DNA from: a virus | Taxonomy: Duplodnaviria > Caudoviricetes | Virus record (IMG/VR): IMGVR_UViG_3300028603_000001 | Location: 96,001 to 160,000 of that record | Reading direction: 5' to 3' (one strand) | Length of the DNA stretch: 64,000 nucleotides | In this document: piece after piece, positions 60,640-64,000 of the stretch | Position numbering within the stretch: position 1 is the stretch's first letter | How the letters are laid out: each line of letters starts with the position of its first letter | The notes under the pieces: generated by a model | Told to the model about the DNA's origin: nothing | Seen by the model: the letters and a program-made list of their open reading frames with translations, nothing else | Database searches by the model: none | Position numbers and translations under genes: made by a program

Positions 60640-60975
60640 TTATTCTAAACCCCAGCTAGCAAGTTCTTCAATAGTTTCGCCATCAATTTGACTTTCAGTT
60701 ACTTTCTGCATCACCACATATTCATACTCTTCAGGAGTTTGTTCTGTTAAGTATTTGAAATCAGCTCTCACATCATCAAAATCATCATATCGCTCTGAAA
60801 GTTCTTCATTACTACCTTTTTCTTTCGACACAAGCATATAGAATTGTTCATCCTCTTCTACTGCAATTACAACATTATAAACATCTTGATACTGTTTCAA
60901 TATTCTTATTGAGTTAATTTCAACAGGATCATTTGACATCGCTTCTTTGTAAGAATTTCCATAATAATATTTCAT
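60640..60975 (-). CDS. Hypothetical protein, paralogous domain to 63142 and 63472
   Basis: RYDDFDDVRADFKYLTEQ. Confidence 0.55.
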   Translation of the reverse strand: MKYYYGNSYKEAMSNDPVEINSIRILKQYQDVYNVVIAVEEDEQFYMLVSKEKGSNEELSERYDDFDDVRADFKYLTEQTPEEYEYVVMQKVTESQIDGETIEELASWGLE

Positions 60976-61005
60976 ACACCTTCTCCTCTCTTATATTTGT
61001 GCATA

Positions 61006-61176
61006 TTAGTAATCATATTTCTCTAATTGTTCTTTTGTAAGTGTAGTTGTAAATACTTCACCATTTTCTGCAATAGTAAACTTATACCCATTTTGCACTT
61101 TTTGGGCCTTAATAAGTGAACCGCCCCACATAGAAGCTACATTTTGACCAATACGATTTAATTTTTTATTATCCAT
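61006..61176 (-). CDS. Small hypothetical protein (56 aa)
   Basis: SD AGGAGG; MDNKKLNRIGQNVASMWGG...; not in the ORF track. Confidence 0.55.
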   Translation of the reverse strand: MDNKKLNRIGQNVASMWGGSLIKAQKVQNGYKFTIAENGEVFTTTLTKEQLEKYDY

Positions 61177-61254
61177 AAATAATTTCCTCCTTTATTTATA
61201 TCTATATTATATAATAACCATAACAAATAAATCAACTAAATAAAAAACTAGGAT

Positions 61255-61686
61255 TTATTTTCCTAGTTTTAATATATTTTCAAATTTAACATTATACACA
61301 GGGCTAGCGCTACTTGAAGTTTTATTTTCACCAATCATATAAATAACCTCTTCTTTACTTATTTCTTGCCCATTTCTTAAATATCTTGTTGCGATAACAT
61401 CTGCACCACTTTCTGGATGACTTGGATCAGTTGAAGTTATTCTTAAATAATATTTTCCTTTGTGTTCAACAACTAAATTTTCTAAACCTTCAACCCATCT
61501 ACCCCAAGGAAGTTGACCTGTTTGTTTATTTTCATTAATTTTCATATTAGCATAATTAATACCTAACCTAATAACCATATCACTTTCTTTAACAATACCG
61601 CTACCTAAATCTTTTATTTTGGTAAAGTTGATATAGCGCCCTTTTTTAACTTCAGCTAATTTTTGTAAAATCTCTTGATTTGTCAT
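61255..61686 (-). CDS. Conserved phage hypothetical protein
   Basis: RLGINYAN...LPWGRW...VEHKGKYYLR. Confidence 0.6.
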   Translation of the reverse strand: MTNQEILQKLAEVKKGRYINFTKIKDLGSGIVKESDMVIRLGINYANMKINENKQTGQLPWGRWVEGLENLVVEHKGKYYLRITSTDPSHPESGADVIATRYLRNGQEISKEEVIYMIGENKTSSSASPVYNVKFENILKLGK

Positions 61687-61755
61687 AGTTTCTGTTCCTC
61701 CCTAAATCAATTATTTATTTTTACAATATAATTATATAATATCTTTAAATATAAA

Positions 61756-62004
61756 TCAACTATGTAAACGCTTTTTTACAGTATCATATTTTAAATTTAT
61801 TTTTTCTCTACCACATTTATCACAAACGTAAACATTATTTTCAGTTATACTCATTCTACGACCACAACAAAAAGGTGATTGGTATTTACTGTCTATTTGT
61901 TTTTGATTTTTAGATTCTTTTTTTAATATACCACCAAAACCCCTATCAGTAACATATGTTTTGTATAGAATATCAACTATGCTTTTTATTTTTTTCATAA
62001 TCAA
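61756..62004 (-). CDS. Small zinc-ribbon protein
   Basis: CCG...CDKCG. Confidence 0.5.
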   Translation of the reverse strand: MIMKKIKSIVDILYKTYVTDRGFGGILKKESKNQKQIDSKYQSPFCCGRRMSITENNVYVCDKCGREKINLKYDTVKKRLHS

Positions 62005-62414
62005 CTCACCTTATCTATGATTTGTTCAATCAAAACTCTCATTTCTTCTTCTTCAATTTTCTTGTTTAATAATGAAAACATTTCTTTACAAATAGTTCTT
62101 AAATCTTCAGGTTTAATTTTTTTAATCATATCCAACATCATCATTGTATTTCCGTATTGTTCTAATTTAAAAAGAAGTTCTTTTTGTTTTTCTGATTTAA
62201 AATCTTTATATTCAGGAACTAATAATGTTCTATTGTTAGATAATTTACATTTGATACCTGTTTTTTCAAATATCTCTTCAACATCATCTTCATCTACATT
62301 TTCCCAGGTAAAGTAATAACCACTTCCTGTTGTAATGAATGGATATTCTTCCCATTCCATTGCCTTGGCAATTGTTTCAATATGTTTATGTAATATAGTT
62401 GTGGCTTTAAACAT
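62001..62414 (-). CDS. Hypothetical protein
   Basis: SD AGGAGG. Confidence 0.55.
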   Translation of the reverse strand: MFKATTILHKHIETIAKAMEWEEYPFITTGSGYYFTWENVDEDDVEEIFEKTGIKCKLSNNRTLLVPEYKDFKSEKQKELLFKLEQYGNTMMMLDMIKKIKPEDLRTICKEMFSLLNKKIEEEEMRVLIEQIIDKVS

Positions 62415-62435
62415 TTTATTTCCTCCTACTTATTT

Positions 62436-62738
62436 TTATTGTTTTTCATATTTTCGACCTTTATCAACAGCTTTTAAAATATCATTTGCAAACTTTTCTG
62501 CTTCTTTTAAATTTACAGAACCTAACGCGGGCCAATTTATAGTAATACCATCATATTTTTTATCATGATAAGCATTCTTTTTTACGTACAGCTTAACTTT
62601 ACCAAATTCAAAAGTTTCGTTTATATAGTCATCATCATTAACCTTAATCGAATCATTATAAATTTGTTTTGCTTCTTCAATTGAATCTGCCATTATTTTA
62701 GTTTCTTTATCTTTTTTAGTAACTGTATAAGTTTTCAT
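62436..62738 (-). CDS. Hypothetical protein
   Basis: SD GGAGG; INWPALGSV motif. Confidence 0.55.
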   Translation of the reverse strand: MKTYTVTKKDKETKIMADSIEEAKQIYNDSIKVNDDDYINETFEFGKVKLYVKKNAYHDKKYDGITINWPALGSVNLKEAEKFANDILKAVDKGRKYEKQ

Positions 62739-62911
62739 CTTTTATTTCCTCCTGTATTTTTATATATATATATATATTATATAATAAAAGAGAGTCTAAA
62801 ATCAACTCTCTTGTTTTTTATACTAATTGTATTTGTAATCTTTTCAAAAAAATATAATCCTTAAATGTCTTTTGTTTTAACTCTAAGGATTATTTTACTA
62901 TTATACATAAT

Positions 62912-63121
62912 TTAGCTTTCTTCTTTGTCATCTAACTTTTTCATAGCATCTGCTTTGCCTAATTCATACGCTCTTTTTAAAGCTTCTGCCACGCCCCATA
63001 CAGATACATCGTAAAAGTCTAGTCTGTCGCTATATCGAGTTACTAAAGTGTTGATTAATAGGCATTCTCTTGCAATTTTTGTAAACTCGTTTTGAACTCT
63101 TCTTGAAATTGTTTCGCTCAT
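62912..63121 (-). CDS. DUF6900-like small protein
   Basis: TLVTRYSDRLDFYDVSVWGVAEALKRAYELG. Confidence 0.7.
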   Translation of the reverse strand: MSETISRRVQNEFTKIARECLLINTLVTRYSDRLDFYDVSVWGVAEALKRAYELGKADAMKKLDDKEES

Positions 63122-63141
63122 TTTTTCTTTCCTTTCTTTTC

Positions 63142-63384
63142 TTATAGATAATATGTTTCTTTGCTACACATTTTTGTTACGGTAGTTGTTTTTTCAACTG
63201 TTACATCATTAAGAGCAACATAATCATATTCAATATCATCTTGTTCAGTCAAATATTTATAATCAGCTCTTGCTGAGTCAAAATCATCATATCTGTCAAC
63301 AGTTTTCATAAGTCTTCCTTTTTTTCTATAGATAAGCTCATAATATTTCTCAATTCTTACGTGTTTCTCTAAATTATTTTTCAT
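63142..63384 (-). CDS. Hypothetical protein, tandem paralog
   Basis: Near-duplicate of 63472-63699; start set at MKNNLEK after SD AGGAGG. Confidence 0.6.
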   Translation of the reverse strand: MKNNLEKHVRIEKYYELIYRKKGRLMKTVDRYDDFDSARADYKYLTEQDDIEYDYVALNDVTVEKTTTVTKMCSKETYYL

Positions 63385-63471
63385 AAATAACTCCTCCTTA
63401 ATAAGTTCCACATTGTAAATTTTTGTGTTAATTTTTTATACAATTTATAAATGTTTTTATTCATATAATAA

Positions 63472-63699
63472 TTAAGGTATAATTATTTTAGTAGTTGTTG
63501 TTTTTTCAACTGTTACCTCATTAATAACAATATAATCATATTCAATATCATCATCATCTTCAGTCAAATATTCATAAAAGACTTTTGCTGCTTCAAAATT
63601 GTCAAATCTGTCAATAGTTTCCGTAATTCTTCCTTTCTTTCTATAGACAAGTTCATAATATCTCTCAACTCTTACGTGCTTCTTTAAATCATTTTTCAT
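63472..63699 (-). CDS. Hypothetical protein, tandem paralog
   Basis: KHVR.E.YYEL.YRKKGR shared with the neighbouring gene. Confidence 0.6.
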   Translation of the reverse strand: MKNDLKKHVRVERYYELVYRKKGRITETIDRFDNFEAAKVFYEYLTEDDDDIEYDYIVINEVTVEKTTTTKIIIP

Positions 63700-63797
63700 A
63701 AATAACTGCTCCTTATCTCATTTAATTTTACACATATATTATATAATAAATATAAAATAAAATCAACAATCATATGTTGGTATCAGAATAAATAAAT

Positions 63798-63826
63798 AAA
63801 AAGAGGGATTAGCGCATCCCTCTTTT
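63798..63826 (-). terminator. Intrinsic terminator
   Basis: AAAAGAGGGAT/ATCCCTCTTTT. Confidence 0.7.
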
Positions 63827-63854
63827 GTTTTAATATATATATATATATATGGTT

Positions 63855-63998
63855 TTATTCTTCGTAGAAGCCATCGAAGTCGTCTTCTTTGCCTGCTTCT
63901 TCATAAGATGCTTGTTCTTCTGCTCTTTCCCTAAATTGTTCTTTCAAGTAATCATGATAAGCTAAAAACTCTTTTGTATCACTTTCAATCTTATCAAT
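63855..63998 (-). CDS. Partial hypothetical protein (5' end outside window)
   Basis: Open frame ending DDFDGFYEE*. Confidence 0.5.
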   Translation of the reverse strand: MDKIESDTKEFLAYHDYLKEQFRERAEEQASYEEAGKEDDFDGFYEE

Positions 63999-64000
63999 GT

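Noticed and set aside
55355-61761. Integron attC-like reading of the GTTGATT repeats
   Set aside because: Does not fit GTTRRRY, and no integrase or attC fold is present. A sigmaA -35 box explains it.
16-62568. Antisense ORFs in the track (e.g. 16-300, 30720-31019, 32703-33116, 47378-47704)
   Set aside because: They lie opposite well-supported genes and lack SD or protein motifs.
63833-63850. (TA)n tracts here and near 62761
   Set aside because: Low-complexity sequence in an AT-rich genome; no supportable function.
1-64000. Genome-wide stop-codon reassignment
   Set aside because: Long genes are intact in code 11, and TAA, TAG and TGA all end genes.
1-64000. tRNA or rRNA genes
   Set aside because: No cloverleaf or rRNA-like sequence recognised by eye; tRNAscan not run.

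Overview
Very AT-rich 64-kb segment of a large, probably lytic tailed phage read in the standard genetic code. The host is probably a low-GC Bacillota/Mollicutes lineage (inference). Bases 1-27.8 kb (+ strand) form a replication and nucleotide-metabolism module. It holds a family A DNA polymerase broken into three pieces, a candidate 7-deazaguanine DNA-modification cluster (VUT/YhhQ transporter, SDR, GNAT, TGT/DpdA-like), a sliding clamp and an SNF2 helicase fractured by a split intein plus GIY-YIG endonuclease. It also holds nrdD/nrdG, a type IIA topoisomerase, an ATP-dependent ligase, a c-di-GMP riboswitch-controlled pair of secreted proteins, PNKP/RNA ligase and dUTPase. Bases 27.9-64 kb (- strand) hold tail-fibre/adhesin genes, translation genes (HPF, bS21), a QueC-like gene and many small genes behind repeated sigmaA-type promoters. 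The most notable signals are: (1) an 11-nt, stop-containing hairpin insert splitting polymerase motif A between two Pro codons, a candidate for ribosomal bypassing or a micro-intron; (2) a salvage-type deazaguanine modification locus with unusual SDR and GNAT tailoring enzymes; (3) a polymerase split with an apparently non-splicing Hint-like tail; (4) a phage-borne GEMM-I riboswitch cassette; (5) a portal-like segment inserted in frame in the ligase. All family calls come from reading motifs by eye; no database search was run.
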